The notes under the pieces were generated by a model, which was given only the letters and a program-made list of their open reading frames with translations, ran no database searches and was not told the DNA's origin. Of a stretch of DNA of 28,800 nucleotides, positions 17,686 through 27,257 are shown piece after piece. Where the stretch lies: positions 1 to 28,800 of the IMG/VR virus record IMGVR_UViG_3300020045_001777; one strand, given 5' to 3'. The translations under genes and the position numbers were made by a program. The stretch's first letter is position 1. The number at the start of each line of letters is the position of its first letter. The DNA is from a virus (Duplodnaviria; Caudoviricetes).

Positions 17686-18908
17686 TGAGTTGGTTAGATA
17701 AGGTTAAAGATAAAATAATAATTACAACAGGAGATAAGCAAACCTATTCGCCTCAATGGATTAACGCATCTAAAGAGATAGAATGGCACGTTGCAGAGTT
17801 TTATTTTCCCGGTCAAGATGGAAGCCTTGTAAAACGTTCTAAAAAGTTCGGAACAAAATATAAACTTGAATTAATATTTCAGGGGGAAAATCATTTAGAA
17901 TATTCTAATTTGTTGGAACGTTCATGTACAGTAAATAATAAGGCTTGGAAAATAGAACACCCATTTTATGGAGTGTTGAATGTACAAATAACTGGATTCT
18001 TTATTGATAACACAGGATACAACGTAAGCAAGTGGACGGGTGTAGTTATCGAAACAATACAGGATTCAAAGCCTCAAACAAACGTTGATCCAGTAGATGA
18101 CATTAAATTTCAAAAGGAGCAACTAGATGAAATTACGGCACAATCAGTAACAACAACACCAATACCAACAGACGTTACAACGGTTAAGGATAAAAATCTA
18201 TTTAACTTTAAAAAGACTATTCCAATTTTATCAGTACCGGAGGAGATAGAGGCGTATTATAATATTTTTGGTGCTGCAAATTCAGCAGTAAACAATTTAG
18301 TTGCAAGTCCTTTAGTAGCAATGCGTACAACGTTGGCGTTAATTTCTGCGCCTGCATTATTTACGGCAAACATAAAAAGCAAACAAACATTATTTAGTTC
18401 TCAATTAGATACGTTACGTTCTAATTTGCTTGGTATTGTTGGTGTTTCCTCAAAAGAGATTTATCAAGGACAGGCGACAGGCGTAGTTTCTTCGGCAGCA
18501 TTAGCAGGTATTACAGCTCCACAAAATGAGTACATGACAATTGATAATGTATTCGATTCTATGACTTCAATTATTGATTTATATAATCAAGTGATTGAAG
18601 ATATGGATACTTTGCAAACTGCAAATGGTGGCAGTCCTACATCATTTATACCTAGTCAGGCGGTGTTATTCGGGTTAAGCCAATTAGTTAATTCAGCTAT
18701 AAGTAATTTATTTTCGGTAGGATTAAATGCAAAAAAACAATATTCTATAATTGTTGAAAAGGATACTAATTTTATTTTGTTGGCGCATAGATTTTACGGA
18801 CTAGATGCGAATGATAAAAATTTAAGTGATTTGATTGAGCAAAATAATTTAGGATTAAACGGAATGTTACACGTAAAAAAGAATACAAAAATTGTTTATT
18901 ATATATAA
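17685..18908 (+). CDS. Mu gpN-like (DNA circularisation / tube initiator) protein with C-terminal LysM-like segment
   Basis: F.FP, L.F.G, HPFYG motif in the N-terminal domain; LAHRFYG...L...N at the C-terminus. Confidence 0.75.
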   Translation: MSWLDKVKDKIIITTGDKQTYSPQWINASKEIEWHVAEFYFPGQDGSLVKRSKKFGTKYKLELIFQGENHLEYSNLLERSCTVNNKAWKIEHPFYGVLNVQITGFFIDNTGYNVSKWTGVVIETIQDSKPQTNVDPVDDIKFQKEQLDEITAQSVTTTPIPTDVTTVKDKNLFNFKKTIPILSVPEEIEAYYNIFGAANSAVNNLVASPLVAMRTTLALISAPALFTANIKSKQTLFSSQLDTLRSNLLGIVGVSSKEIYQGQATGVVSSAALAGITAPQNEYMTIDNVFDSMTSIIDLYNQVIEDMDTLQTANGGSPTSFIPSQAVLFGLSQLVNSAISNLFSVGLNAKKQYSIIVEKDTNFILLAHRFYGLDANDKNLSDLIEQNNLGLNGMLHVKKNTKIVYYI

Positions 18909-20012
18909 ATGAATTTAAAAATTAATCATAGGTTAGGCTTTGTGAATGTTGATTTCTTTAATGATTTCGCATTGAATCTTAAATATGATTCAATTGCTTC
19001 AACTTTTGGGTTCTCGTTTTATTTTGACCCTGAAAATCAACAACACGCTGAAATGGCTTGTGTTAGCCACTTTCACGAATGTATATTAGAACATGAAGGG
19101 GAAACACTTGCAACTGGTTATATGCTGTCAAATATATTTGTTCAAAATGAAAAAAAACAACTTGTAAAAATTGGGGGGTATTCAAAAACGGGATGCCTAG
19201 AAGATTGCGATATACCTACTAATATGTACCCGTTGCAGGTGGAAGGAATGACGTTAAAACAAATAGCACAAAAATTAATACAACCGTTTAAATTAAAATT
19301 AAAGATTGAAAACGGTGCATATTCAGAATCAAACACCGCAATAACTTTAGATGCTAAATTAGATAAAGAGATAAAAAAAACAACTGCTAGTGAAAGTAAA
19401 AACATTAAAACATATTTAACCGAATTAGCCGTACAACGTAACGTAGTATTGAGCCATAACGAATACGGGGACTTGGTTTTTACACAGGCAAAAACAAATC
19501 AAAAGCCTTTATTCCATGTTGAAAAAGGAATAATTGCACGTTCGATAAAAATGAATTTTAACGGGCAGGGTATGCACTCTCAAATTGAGGTTGTAAAACA
19601 CGCTGATACGGATGGAGGGAATGAAGGGTATGCTATAATTTACAATCCTTATTGCCCTATTGTGTTTCGCCCTAAAGTAGTAGTTCAAAGTAGTGGAGAT
19701 GATAATACAATCGAAGAATATGCAAGAATGTGTTTATCACAGGAATTGAAAAATGTTAGGCTAACAATTGAAATTGATCGTTGGGATTTTGAAGGTAAAG
19801 TGATTAAGCCAAATAATATAATTACTGTTTATTCGCCTGAAAATTTTATATATAATACAACAAGATTTTTCATTGAAAGTGTAGAATTAAAAGGCAACGA
19901 AAAAGAAACAACGGCAACGCTTACGTGTGTATTGCCGGAGGTGTATAGTCAAATGTACCCAAAGAATATATACGTAGATGCACATAGAAATTTTCCTAAA
20001 ATAAAAAAATAA
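18909..20012 (+). CDS. Baseplate hub protein, Mu gp44 (gpP)-like
   Basis: SKTG.L.DC, TL.QIA..L..PF, G.LV, RP.V, PN..I.V, F.IESV, A.LT.V.P. Confidence 0.85.
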   Translation: MNLKINHRLGFVNVDFFNDFALNLKYDSIASTFGFSFYFDPENQQHAEMACVSHFHECILEHEGETLATGYMLSNIFVQNEKKQLVKIGGYSKTGCLEDCDIPTNMYPLQVEGMTLKQIAQKLIQPFKLKLKIENGAYSESNTAITLDAKLDKEIKKTTASESKNIKTYLTELAVQRNVVLSHNEYGDLVFTQAKTNQKPLFHVEKGIIARSIKMNFNGQGMHSQIEVVKHADTDGGNEGYAIIYNPYCPIVFRPKVVVQSSGDDNTIEEYARMCLSQELKNVRLTIEIDRWDFEGKVIKPNNIITVYSPENFIYNTTRFFIESVELKGNEKETTATLTCVLPEVYSQMYPKNIYVDAHRNFPKIKK

Positions 20013-21370
20013 TGATAACAATAACAGATATAGGCAATCACATTTCCATCGTAGATGGAAACCAACAACTAGCGGTATTAAAACCGTTTTCATGTGATGT
20101 GGATACATTCGAGCCAGCATACTTAATTATTAAAGATGAATTTAATAATAGTAAAAAATTCGTTTATTCAAATGTAACAAGCCATACATATACTACTGTA
20201 TATGATTTGCAAGCGCAATTATTATTACTTAACAATGAAAACTCTGTAAATTCAGATAATTCAAGCACAACTCCTTTAAATGCAGGCGGTGTATTTACGG
20301 GGGAGTGGATAGATGTTAGTAATAAAAGTTCTATAATGGTTGTAGTAAAGACCGACCAAAACGGAACGTGGAGTTTACAACTATCACCTGACATGACCAA
20401 TGTTGACAGTACATTGACACGTTATTACCGTACCGACCAAATAGAGCCTCCACATAGGTTTTCAAGGACACGTAAATTTGCAAGGGTAGTATTTACAAAT
20501 ACAAGTGCAAGCAATCAAACGTACTTTAGATTACAAACAATATTAGGTGATACAAGTCCCTTAAATATTCCTTTGGATGCAACGGTTGCTCAAGATTATG
20601 ATGCAACGGTAGTACGTCCAACGGACTTTAAATATGAAGTAGCATTGGGTCGCAGGCAAGGTGCTACAACGTGGAATAAGTTTGGTTATAACGATAATAC
20701 AAGCATAGGTACAGAAGTTATTGCTTCGCAGGGTGCAACGCTTACTATCTTATCGGCTGCAAGTACATTGACTATTGTAAGTAGTTCGGTTAATGATGAT
20801 GGAAGTCCGGCAGGAACAGGGGCGCAAACAATACAAATAATAGGTGTTGACGCTAATCACGAATACCAAACGGAAAGCGTTACAATGAATGGAACAACAA
20901 GCGTTGTTACAGTTACTACATGGTTCGGTATCAATAGAACGTATGTATCATTAAGTGGAAGCGGTCAAACAAATGCAGGAAATATAACTATCACAGCAAC
21001 AACGGGTGGAAGTGTACAGGCTTATATTCCGACTGGTGAAGGGTTTACCCAACAGGCTTTTTTATTTACCCGAAACAATCACGTTACGTTACTTGACTTT
21101 TTACAATTAAATGGAGAGAAAACGTCGGGGGGAGCTTCACCAAAAATTACATTTAAAGGTTGGGTTTATAATTACGCAACAAATACAAAGGGATTAGTAT
21201 TTAGACAGCTATTAGATACAAGTGCCGATAATATGATACATTTAAATCCATCACAACCATTCATTGTACCGGAGAAATGCGTATTATATTTTGAAGCAAC
21301 AACTGATACGAACAACACTATTTGTTCGTGTAGATTTTCAGGGATAGAATTTAGAGATATAGACGCATAA
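20012..21370 (+). CDS. Ser/Thr-rich, beta-rich putative virion accessory protein
   Basis: 452 aa in the tail operon between hub and spike; modules NSSTTPL..G.FTGEW.DV and KFGYN...GTGA.TI.I.G.D. Confidence 0.6.
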   Translation: MITITDIGNHISIVDGNQQLAVLKPFSCDVDTFEPAYLIIKDEFNNSKKFVYSNVTSHTYTTVYDLQAQLLLLNNENSVNSDNSSTTPLNAGGVFTGEWIDVSNKSSIMVVVKTDQNGTWSLQLSPDMTNVDSTLTRYYRTDQIEPPHRFSRTRKFARVVFTNTSASNQTYFRLQTILGDTSPLNIPLDATVAQDYDATVVRPTDFKYEVALGRRQGATTWNKFGYNDNTSIGTEVIASQGATLTILSAASTLTIVSSSVNDDGSPAGTGAQTIQIIGVDANHEYQTESVTMNGTTSVVTVTTWFGINRTYVSLSGSGQTNAGNITITATTGGSVQAYIPTGEGFTQQAFLFTRNNHVTLLDFLQLNGEKTSGGASPKITFKGWVYNYATNTKGLVFRQLLDTSADNMIHLNPSQPFIVPEKCVLYFEATTDTNNTICSCRFSGIEFRDIDA

Positions 21371-21374
21371 TATT

Positions 21375-21902
21375 ATGAACCTTGTAAAAATAATTTCAAC
21401 AAGTTTAGATTCATTCGGAAAACTGATTGTAAAGTTTTCTAGGTTTGGAAACAAAGATATTCAAACGTCTATTGAGGTTTCACAATACGGAGTTGACAGC
21501 AATCCAATTAAAGGTATGGTTGCAATTTATACGCCAACAACAAGCAATGGAGATACATTTATTTTAGGATACTTAAACAAAAATAGATTGGCAGATGTTG
21601 GCGAATTTCGTACATTTGCAACTGATGCGGATGGAGTTGAAAAATTTTATATTTGGCAAAAGAGCGATGGAACTTGCGAAATAGGGGGAGATACAAATTT
21701 TGCTGTTAAGTTTAACGAATTGAAAACTGAATTTAATAAATTAAAAACAGACCATAATAATTTTTTAGCAGAATATAAAACGCATACGCACGTATTAACA
21801 TTAACATCAGGAACAGGAACGGCAGCGCCTACAATATCAACGCAGATAGCCAATACGTCGAACATTGATAATAGTAAAAACGATAAAATAAAAACAATAT
21901 AA
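21375..21902 (+). CDS. Baseplate central spike, Mu gp45 / gpV-like
   Basis: YG.DS.P, GE.R pattern, and HTH (HxH metal-binding) motif near the C-terminus. Confidence 0.75.
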   Translation: MNLVKIISTSLDSFGKLIVKFSRFGNKDIQTSIEVSQYGVDSNPIKGMVAIYTPTTSNGDTFILGYLNKNRLADVGEFRTFATDADGVEKFYIWQKSDGTCEIGGDTNFAVKFNELKTEFNKLKTDHNNFLAEYKTHTHVLTLTSGTGTAAPTISTQIANTSNIDNSKNDKIKTI

Positions 21903-21904
21903 TC

Positions 21905-22219
21905 ATGGTGTATTATGATACTTGTGGAATATATGTTCAGTCGGCAACAAGTTTGCAGGATAAACTAACTAAAATTAATGCTATAATTGATGTACTTTAT
22001 TCAAGTGCTTTAAACGCAGCAGGCAACAATGATATAACTGAATATTCATTAGACGATGGACAAGTTAAAATACGCACCGTATATAGAGATTCAGGACAAA
22101 TAATGAAATCAATTGACGTTTTAGAAAGACAAAAACAATCTGTTTTAAATCAATTAAATGGGCGCATAACACGTCATATTGATAGTGATAACTTTAGAAG
22201 ATTTAACAATGGAAGATAA
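21905..22219 (+). CDS. Head-tail joining protein, lambda gpW-like
   Basis: Helix, beta hairpin (EYSLDDGQ..I...YR), helix; directly upstream of the portal gene. Confidence 0.65.
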   Translation: MVYYDTCGIYVQSATSLQDKLTKINAIIDVLYSSALNAAGNNDITEYSLDDGQVKIRTVYRDSGQIMKSIDVLERQKQSVLNQLNGRITRHIDSDNFRRFNNGR

Positions 22220-23834
22220 AAAAACATTCTCTGAAAAAGCTCTAAAGTTTTTAGCACCTAATTTATTTGCAAAAATGAATAGTCAGCCAACGGCTAATTT
22301 TAGTGGTTCTTACGGAACATACACACATTTATTTTCTGTTTTTAATGGAGAAAAAAATTTAGGTGAAGTTGGTCCGATAAAAAACTATATGTTAGATTAT
22401 GCCGGATTGCGTATGCGGTCATGGCAGTCGTACCACGAATCAGAAATAACGCAAACCATTCTTAATAGGTATAATGTTTGGGTTATTGGAACTGGGTTAA
22501 AACTTCAAGTAGAACCAGTAAAAGCTATATTAGAAAGCGAAGGTATAAGTTTAGAATATCAAAAGTTTGCAAAGGTTGTTGAATCTCGTTTTCACGTTTG
22601 GAGCAAATCGAAAAACTCGGATTATTCAAATATGCGTAATCTGTCATTCATTGCAGCGGAAGCGTTTAAAAACACTTTGCTAGGTGGTGATGTATTGGTA
22701 TTGCTACGTTATAACAATGGTGTATCAGTTCAATTAATTGATGGGGCGCATATTCAATCACCTGCATTTGGTACTGAATGGTATCCACAAACTTTAGATA
22801 ATGGAAATAAATTAATAAACGGTATAGAGTGTGATGCTAGTGGTAGACATATAAGATATTATATTAGACAAAGAGATTTTTCATTTAAAGTTGTTGAAGC
22901 GTTCGGAGTTAATTCGGGTATGCAAATGGCGTTTATGTGTTATGGTATTAAATACCGTTTAGATAATGTTCGTGGAGTACCTTTGTTTTCGGTTGTTTTG
23001 GAGTCTTTGAAAAAGATGGAGCGATACAAAGAAGCAACGGTAGGAAGTGCGGAGGAACGCCAAAAAATAATAATGCAGGTTGTTCACAAAGAATTTTCAA
23101 CAGGTGAAAATCCGCAAAATAAAAACTTGGCAAAGGCGTATGAATGGAACGGAAACGGGGGGGCTGATAGCGTTCCAATTGATGTTCAAGGGACACAGCT
23201 TGCAAATACAGTTACAGCAAGCACAAATAAACAAACGTATAATATGCCCGTTGGTTCTGAATTAAAAACTTTAGAATCAAAAAACGAATTATATTTTAAA
23301 GATTTTTACACGATTAATTTTGATATAATTTGTGCCGCTGTTGGAATCCCTCCAAACGTTGCAAGCTCTAAATATGATAGCAATTTCAGCGCATCGAGAG
23401 CAGCGTTAAAAGATTGGGAGCATACATTAAAAGTTAAACGTTATGAATTTGCTTTTCAATTTTACCAACCTATTTACGATTTTTGGTTGGAGTGTGAAAT
23501 ACTTTTAAATAAAATACAAGCACCTGGATATGTTACGGCACTTTCAAACAACAATTCAATGGTATTGAATGCTTACAGAGGTTGTAGGTTTGTTGGCGCA
23601 CCAGTACCACACATTGACCCTTTAAAAGAAGTAAAAGCGGAAAGAGAAAAACTAGGCACTACTGGAGCAACGTTACCACTAACAACATTAGAAGCGGCTA
23701 CGGAGGCTCTGGGTGGTGGTGAATCGGAACATAACATGATGCAGTATGCCGACGAACTAGAAGATTCTAGGGAGCTTGGAATACTTGGATTGCCAGACCC
23801 TGTAATTGAAGAAAAAGAAATAGAAGAAGATTAA
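22209..23834 (+). CDS. Portal protein, lambda family (start likely ATG 22209)
   Basis: LR.RS, VIGTGL, NGIE.D..GR, RGVP, NFSASRA, HIDPLKEV.A. Confidence 0.92.
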   Translation: MEDKKTFSEKALKFLAPNLFAKMNSQPTANFSGSYGTYTHLFSVFNGEKNLGEVGPIKNYMLDYAGLRMRSWQSYHESEITQTILNRYNVWVIGTGLKLQVEPVKAILESEGISLEYQKFAKVVESRFHVWSKSKNSDYSNMRNLSFIAAEAFKNTLLGGDVLVLLRYNNGVSVQLIDGAHIQSPAFGTEWYPQTLDNGNKLINGIECDASGRHIRYYIRQRDFSFKVVEAFGVNSGMQMAFMCYGIKYRLDNVRGVPLFSVVLESLKKMERYKEATVGSAEERQKIIMQVVHKEFSTGENPQNKNLAKAYEWNGNGGADSVPIDVQGTQLANTVTASTNKQTYNMPVGSELKTLESKNELYFKDFYTINFDIICAAVGIPPNVASSKYDSNFSASRAALKDWEHTLKVKRYEFAFQFYQPIYDFWLECEILLNKIQAPGYVTALSNNNSMVLNAYRGCRFVGAPVPHIDPLKEVKAEREKLGTTGATLPLTTLEAATEALGGGESEHNMMQYADELEDSRELGILGLPDPVIEEKEIEED

Positions 23835-23837
23835 AAA

Positions 23838-23860
23838 AATGACCGCTATATGCGGTCATT
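23838..23860 (-). terminator. Intrinsic terminator hairpin between convergent genes (may be bidirectional)
   Basis: AATGACCGC-tatat-GCGGTCATT, 9-bp stem; the A-run on its left reads as a U-tract on the minus strand. Confidence 0.7.
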
Positions 23861-24218
23861 CTAATTTATATGGATACGCTTGCAATGCCGGTTTAGTTTT
23901 CATTTCTACTGGGTATCCCAAACCACTACGGTACATTTCTATTTTTAAAAATTGCGAAATATCGACGTTCAAATGATCGCATATATTTTTTAATTCCGTT
24001 GCCGTTTTTTCTGAAATTTCAGGGATAACTATTTTTTGAGTTTCGGAATTATCAACGCACACATCCTTAATATTTATAGGGTAGCTATTGACTATATTAG
24101 TTAGCATTTCCTTCATAAACAACGAGAACGGTTTACGTTTGTGAGCTGATATATTATACAGCTCTTTGTGCCTAGTTAATAGCACCCTTCTGATATATAT
24201 GTTTGGATTTTTAGGCAT
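23856..24218 (-). CDS. Putative DNA-binding regulator with two tandem ribbon-helix-helix-like repeats (start likely ATG 24218)
   Basis: Internal duplication NIYIRRV..RHKELYNI..H....SLFMK...SYP vs KIVIPEI..TATELKNI..H....SQFLK...GYP; divergent from the head operon. Confidence 0.6.
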   Translation of the reverse strand: MPKNPNIYIRRVLLTRHKELYNISAHKRKPFSLFMKEMLTNIVNSYPINIKDVCVDNSETQKIVIPEISEKTATELKNICDHLNVDISQFLKIEMYRSGLGYPVEMKTKPALQAYPYKLE

Positions 24219-24223
24219 AGATT

Positions 24224-24289
24224 TTAAAATTACTTTTCCCCATTGGTTCACAAAGATATAAATAAAAAACCATTTATAAATAATTTTGG
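24224..24289. promoter_or_regulatory. Divergent promoter element, copy 2: minus-strand TATCTTTG (24251-24258) toward the RHH-like gene; plus-strand TAATTTTG (24281-24288) toward the head operon
   Basis: 34/35 identity with 9401-9435, plus the identical 14-bp block at the same 45-bp offset. Confidence 0.75.
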
Positions 24290-24295
24290 TAACAA

Positions 24296-25240
24296 ATGAA
24301 AAAAGAACTATACCTATATTCTCCTATTTATGATTTCGTTGCCGAGAGCATACTTGCTCAAATCAATGAAAGCATGGGAGAAAATATTACAATGCGTTGT
24401 AATACTCCCGGTGGTTCTGTTTTCGCAATGTACGGAATTTGTGCTAAGATAGCAGAGCATGGAGATATAACTATCAAAGTTGATGGTTGTGCAATGTCAT
24501 CCGGTGCGCTTCTTTTGCCTTACGCAAAAACTGTTGAATGTTTAGACGTATCAACATTTATGCTTCATAGAGCTGATATGTATTGCGAAAGCGAAGAAGA
24601 TAAAGCATTTTTAGCAAAGGTTAATTCCGACTTGAAAGCTAAACTAACATCGAGAGTAAATCCTAAAAAATTTAAAGAAGTAACAGGATTTTCTATAAAT
24701 GAAATGTTTGATTCGGAACAACGAATAGATATTAATTTAACAGCTAAACAAGCTAAAGAAATCGGATTAGTTCAAAAAATAAATAAACTTTCACCGCAAG
24801 AAATTGAAGCGTTTGAAAGTAAATTATATTCTGTTGCAGCTATCGCAACACCTATACAAGCAATTAAACAAGACCAAATAATTAATAAAATGGATATTAA
24901 TAAATTAAAAGCAGAACATCCTGCAATTTTTGCAGAAGCTATTGCATTAGGTGCAACGCAAGAACGTGAACGTATTGAAGCTATTATGGTTTTCAATGAT
25001 ATTGATTCTGAAAAGGTAAAGGCTGCAATTGAAAGCGGAAAACCATTAACTGCAAAAGACATTAATGAGTTGACTTTAAAGGCTGCATCAAAAATGAAAA
25101 TTACAGCTATTAAAAAAGATTCAACAGGTAATTTAATTGTTGAAGAACCGGTGGCAAAAGCACATGATGAAAAGACTGAAAAAGAAAAAGAAATTTCAGC
25201 ATTTGAAAAAGAAGTACGATCTAAATTAGGTTTAAAATAA
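24296..25240 (+). CDS. ClpP-type prohead protease fused to a scaffold region
   Basis: NTPGGSVF, DG.AMSSGA (Ser), FMLH (His), A.QA.EIGLV; helical charged C-terminal extension. Confidence 0.9.
   Translation: MKKELYLYSPIYDFVAESILAQINESMGENITMRCNTPGGSVFAMYGICAKIAEHGDITIKVDGCAMSSGALLLPYAKTVECLDVSTFMLHRADMYCESEEDKAFLAKVNSDLKAKLTSRVNPKKFKEVTGFSINEMFDSEQRIDINLTAKQAKEIGLVQKINKLSPQEIEAFESKLYSVAAIATPIQAIKQDQIINKMDINKLKAEHPAIFAEAIALGATQERERIEAIMVFNDIDSEKVKAAIESGKPLTAKDINELTLKAASKMKITAIKKDSTGNLIVEEPVAKAHDEKTEKEKEISAFEKEVRSKLGLK
24890..25240 (+). CDS. Probable nested in-frame scaffolding protein (lambda Nu3-like)
   Basis: In-frame ATG after the A-rich tract aaataattaataaa; product MDINKLKAEHP...G...ERERI. 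Confidence 0.55.
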   Translation: MDINKLKAEHPAIFAEAIALGATQERERIEAIMVFNDIDSEKVKAAIESGKPLTAKDINELTLKAASKMKITAIKKDSTGNLIVEEPVAKAHDEKTEKEKEISAFEKEVRSKLGLK

Positions 25241-25259
25241 TCTTTAAAATATAAACAAA

Positions 25260-25730
25260 ATGAGTACAGTAACAACAACACTATTAACCGGAAGTCAGGC
25301 TATTAGTAATTTCGATTTGTCGAAAATATTTGTTTACAATAATAGATACCAAACGGAAACTATTGTAAATGATGACTACAATCCAATGACATTGTACGCA
25401 GGTACTGTTATGGGGAGAATAGCTGGTAATACAGCAGGTTACAACGGCAAAGGCGTTGTATTCCCCAGTACGGCATCTTCTACAAACGGTACTCAATACC
25501 CTATTGGTATTTTGGCATCCGATTGCGTTATTGCTGATGGAGATACTTTGAATGTACCTATTTGCGTAGCGGGGGATGTTGTGGAAGATAAAATAATTTT
25601 TTGGAACGCTCCAACAGATACAATTAAAACAGTTATTTCAGGACGTGAATATTACGATAGAATACAAGCCGATTCGGTAGGTATTAAAATCGTTGCAAGT
25701 ACTGAAAACACTTACGTAGATAATCAATAA
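25260..25730 (+). CDS. Head decoration protein (lambda gpD-like)
   Basis: L.AGTVMG, G.Q.P.GILA.D, AG.V; between protease and capsid genes. Confidence 0.8.
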   Translation: MSTVTTTLLTGSQAISNFDLSKIFVYNNRYQTETIVNDDYNPMTLYAGTVMGRIAGNTAGYNGKGVVFPSTASSTNGTQYPIGILASDCVIADGDTLNVPICVAGDVVEDKIIFWNAPTDTIKTVISGREYYDRIQADSVGIKIVASTENTYVDNQ

Positions 25731-25753
25731 TTAAACACATAAAATAAAATACC

Positions 25754-26818
25754 ATGTCAGTAATCGGAAGTTCAGATATTAGAGGCTTATTTACAAAAAC
25801 ATTGATTGATGTTTATCAACAACGTTTACGCCCAACAACTTTTTTACAATCGTTTTTTCCAAAAGAAATTTCACCAACAAAAGAAATTTCAATTGAAGTA
25901 GAGCGTAACGGTGAGTTCATTGCTACCGATGTATATAGAGGTACAGAAGGTAACAGAAATGCGTGGTCGCATTCAACAGAAAAAATATTTGTACCACCAT
26001 TGTACAAAGAGTATTTTGATGCAACTCAATTAGATTTGTACGATAGAGTGCTTGGATCTCAAGGCAATGCAAACGCTCCTTTGTTCACGGCTTTAATGAA
26101 TAAAGTTGCTGATAGAGTAGGTATGTTACAAGATAAAATTGAACGTTCTTTTGAAAAACAATGTTCACAAGTTTTAGAAACTGGTATCGTATCTATTGAA
26201 TCAGGCGCAGATATTAACTTCAAACGTAAAGCGGCTTCAATAGTTGACTTAACGGGTGCAGGTGGGTATTTTTCAGCTAATAGCGATGTTTTCGCACAGT
26301 TTAAAGCTGGTTGCGATTTCCTTAGAACAGTTGGTAAATCAGGAGATGCTGTATTTAATGCAATATTAGGTTCAACAGCATTAACAGATTTATTGGCAAA
26401 CACTAAATTTACAGCACGTCAAAATTTATTTAACATGGCACTTGATGCAGTTGCAGCACCTCAAAGAAATGCAACAGGAGCAGCATATCACGGAACAATA
26501 ACGGCAGGTGGTTATAAAGTGCAATTGTGGTCTTACCCTCAATTTTATGATACTACTGTAAGCGGTGTGTTAACTTCAAATAATTATATTGATCCTAAAA
26601 AAGTAGTTATCATTCCAACAAGTCCACGTTTCAAAATGGCTCACGCAGCAGTGCCGCAATTAATTGGTAACGCAGGAGAGGTTGTTACGCAAGGTGCGTT
26701 TGTTGTTGGTGAATTTATTGATCCACGTAAAACGGCTCACGATTTCCAAATTGAATCAGCCGCTATTGCAGTCCCAGTAGCAGTAGATCAAATATATACT
26801 ATGATTGCTTGTGCATAG
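25754..26818 (+). CDS. Major capsid protein, lambda gpE-like
   Basis: 354 aa; FL..FF, F.PP..KE, I.R..E..C.Q.L..G, late ESA...VP; followed by a terminator. Confidence 0.9.
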   Translation: MSVIGSSDIRGLFTKTLIDVYQQRLRPTTFLQSFFPKEISPTKEISIEVERNGEFIATDVYRGTEGNRNAWSHSTEKIFVPPLYKEYFDATQLDLYDRVLGSQGNANAPLFTALMNKVADRVGMLQDKIERSFEKQCSQVLETGIVSIESGADINFKRKAASIVDLTGAGGYFSANSDVFAQFKAGCDFLRTVGKSGDAVFNAILGSTALTDLLANTKFTARQNLFNMALDAVAAPQRNATGAAYHGTITAGGYKVQLWSYPQFYDTTVSGVLTSNNYIDPKKVVIIPTSPRFKMAHAAVPQLIGNAGEVVTQGAFVVGEFIDPRKTAHDFQIESAAIAVPVAVDQIYTMIACA

Positions 26819-26836
26819 TTTTTAGTTTAGTTTAAT

Positions 26837-26872
26837 AAAAAAGGCAGGTGATAATAATTGCCTGCCTTTTTT
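26837..26872 (+). terminator. Intrinsic terminator after the capsid gene
   Basis: AAAAAAGGCAGGTGAT-loop-ATTGCCTGCCTTTTTT stem with terminal T6. Confidence 0.88.
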
Positions 26873-26885
26873 AATATAGTTGAAA

Positions 26886-27257
26886 ATGACCATAAAAGAC
26901 AGGGCAAAAAGAGATATAGGTAGAATACTTGGCAATGCAAACGAATATCAGTCAATTGTTTTTTATGCTCCAAATGGAGCAACGGCAACTGTTACAGGGA
27001 TACACAATAAAATTCATTTAGGAGTTGATACGGATGGAAACATTGTAAACTCACTAAAATCAACTGTTTCAGTTCCTGAAAAATCATTAACAGATTTAGG
27101 ATATGTTACTAGAAACGATAAAAACGAAGCATTAATGATTGGTCATAAAATGCACGTTGCAGATAGTACTGGAAATGTTAAAAAATACATTGTTCAAAAT
27201 GTTATACCGGATGAATCTGTTGGAGTGCTAACATTTACAATCGAATATTATGAGTAG
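26886..27257 (+). CDS. Head closure / head-tail adaptor, gpFII-like (start ATG 26886 or TTG 26880)
   Basis: ~123 aa, beta-rich, after the capsid gene; C-terminal Y.V....PD...G pattern. Confidence 0.55.
   Translation: MTIKDRAKRDIGRILGNANEYQSIVFYAPNGATATVTGIHNKIHLGVDTDGNIVNSLKSTVSVPEKSLTDLGYVTRNDKNEALMIGHKMHVADSTGNVKKYIVQNVIPDESVGVLTFTIEYYE

Noticed and set aside
9492-21902. Tailocin or extracellular contractile injection system
   Set aside because: Terminase, portal, protease and capsid genes are present and intact, so this is a phage.
24772-25281. 169-aa antisense ORF and other short shadow ORFs (e.g. 1383-1688, 10826-11125, 15549-15893, 26059-26403, 27953-28153)
   Set aside because: They overlap well-supported genes and have no recognisable motifs.
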